Assembly (NCBI GenBank): GCA_965153455.1 | Contig: OZ234493.1 | Coordinates: 2,232,001 to 2,296,000, forward strand | DNA: 64,000 nucleotides | Direction of reading: 5' to 3' | Source: Sphagnum compactum | Lineage: Eukaryota | Made by a program: the position numbers and the translations under genes | Part shown: positions 61,801 to 64,000 of the stretch, in pieces | Layout: the number at the start of each line of letters is the position of its first letter | How positions within the stretch are numbered: the first letter of the stretch is position 1 | Notes under the pieces: generated by a model | The model's database searches: none | The model's input: the letters and a program-made list of their open reading frames with translations, nothing else | Told to the model about the DNA's origin: nothing

Positions 61801-63867
61801 TAAAATGTGCATGATTTGACCACTTGATGCAAATATTGTCCTACCTTATTTCATCATAATGATGATTTGTTTTAATGGATGTAAGTATGTAACATGGGCT
61901 TATATTGGGGGTTTCAATTTTAGATTTGAAAAATGTAATCATGTTCACAATGAAGCATTGTATTTATAGCTAAAGGTAATGTAGTACAAAATGTAAAATA
62001 TGATTTAGGGTTAAAGATGTGAATTTGTTTTTTAATAGTCATAGAAAATTATGATTACAAATGGGTTTTTAATTATGATATACCTAGAATTCTAATGCAG
62101 GTATTAATTTCATTATGTCTTCTTGCCATAACATTGAGTATTTCAATAAATGTGTTATTATGTCAAATTAAGAATCACCCATATTATAATGAAAATTAAT
62201 AAATATTAAATTATACATATATCTCCATGAATTGTAATAAAAGATGCAAACATAAATAAATTTCAAATCCCAAATGTATGGTATTATTTTCTTACTAACA
62301 TTAAATTCCAAAATTTGCTACAATTTATTATTAAATGTCATAAATAATGTATTTACATGTTATAAAATTTACTTTTGATTGATTAATTATTTTTATAAAA
62401 TGAAATTACAATACAATTAAGACTTAGGGTTAAGGATTTAGAATTAATTTTTTTTTATAATGGTTTTGAATCAATTTCAAATGTAAATTTTATGTTGTTA
62501 TTTAATATGTGAATAAAATGCCAAATTATTTTTAAATTTTCTTGTTAATATTGCTCTTAATGTGGATATAATTTTAATCACAATTCTATGATATTTTAAT
62601 ACATTGAATCAATATTAATACAATGCAAATGTAAGGTTTGTTCAAAAAAATTGTGTGGAAGAAATTCACCATTTTGTAATATGGTCAAGTGAACCATTTG
62701 CAAAAACAAAGGTTTAGGGTTTATTTTAAGAATTTTTGTATGTAAATAATATTAATATTATATAATATTTCAATATTTTCTATAGTCTAAATAATATTTA
62801 TATATTATAATTATATTTAAATACTGAATAAAATACCTTAAATGATGTGAAATTTATTGTGTTATTTAATTGAATATTAGTTTCGTACAATTCAACAATA
62901 CCCTTAACTAGTGCAATAAAAAATAAAGAGTGAATGTTATCTAAACCAAAACCTTCAATTTTTTTTTAAAATTTTCTCATGTTGCACCACAAAAGTGGTG
63001 ATGAACCAAAAGTAGATTCAACCAAATCTAAGATTCCCATACCATGTTGGCCAACCACTAAATTCTATGAACTAAATATGGAAAATTTATAAAGGTGAGT
63101 ATTTATTTGGAATAAAATGCGAATAGTTCTTTGAACCATGTTACTTATAATAATTGATTAAAAAAATGGCAAATCTTCAAGTTGGTCACAAATAAATTCG
63201 TTGCAATCCAATATTAATACAATTTAGATGTAAAGTTTAGGGTTAATTTGAATAGATGGGGTATTTAAAGTAACATGATATTATTTAGTTTTTGAATTAT
63301 GGACTTGTGATATTGATATGAAATTTTAGAATTGAATATTTATTAATGGGTTTTATTTTATACCATTCTAAAATATGTTTAAATATTATAACTTATGATA
63401 TAAATGTGATATATTATCAAACCTTTTTATTTTATTTTATAGTTATATATTTTAGATATTTCCTATTTCATGCATGTATTGCATTTGGTTGAAAAGATGC
63501 CCCTAAGTAACTTAGATGATGAAGGAACAATTGTTTTGCAATATCTTAATAATCAAAGCTTATTAAATAGAGCGGGGCTTTTGGTGAGGTTACACAATGC
63601 ATATTTATGTAGGTATTGCAAGAAGCTTGGAAACCTTAAACCCCTGAAGTTTGGAAAAAATGAAGCATGCCCATAGTCAATGTTTTTACCTTTAAAGATG
63701 AGGGTATTGCTAATGGTTTAGGGTTTTTATTTATGAATATCTTTTGGATATTTCCTATTACATTTGGTCCATTGGATGTAGGTATTGCATTTCATGGACA
63801 AGATGCACTTAAGTGATGAATGGTTAAGTTTTGTAATACCCAAAAACACTGGAAGAAAATTGATCAT

Positions 63868-63970
63868 ATGCGACTATAAATTGCAATTATAATTTAGTCA
63901 CAAGCAACATATGCAACTACTAAGTTTTGTAGTTGCATTAAACAAGTCACATCCAACATAGTTGCAAATG
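63868..63970. repeat. Inverted-repeat cluster of TGCAACTA/TAGTTGCA motifs; probable repeat-element edge truncated by the window end
   Basis: atgcaactac-taagtttt-gtagttgcat forms a 10-bp stem, with further gcgacta, tagtcac and tagttgca variants. Confidence 0.5.
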
Positions 63971-64000
63971 TTAACATCATGCTAATGTTAGTTAATTCTT

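Overview
Eukaryotic land-plant nuclear DNA, most likely a moss. This is inferred from intron-rich genes, interstitial TTTAGGG repeats, an AGO1 lacking the angiosperm miR168-site peptide and a probable miR904-type site. Four spliced genes can be assembled by hand: MMS19/MET18 (minus, 3569-11270), an M3 thimet oligopeptidase placed head-to-head with it (plus, 12007-19019), a slicer-competent ARGONAUTE1 (minus, 20803-29454, with an upstream non-coding exon) and an IQ67-domain (IQD) gene (plus, 54035-56788). AT-rich intergenic DNA contains a decayed CRE-like non-LTR retrotransposon with a restriction-like endonuclease, a decayed Mutator-type transposase, a tRNA-like A/B-box remnant, a hairpin-unit repeat array, a ~165-bp satellite relic and microsatellites. 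The most interesting signals cluster in AGO1: a candidate 146-nt frameshifting cassette exon that folds by eye into a three-way junction, a miR904-like target site that exists only after splicing, and two coupled uORFs in the leader. All exon boundaries, folds and homology calls are manual and need RNA-seq and database confirmation.
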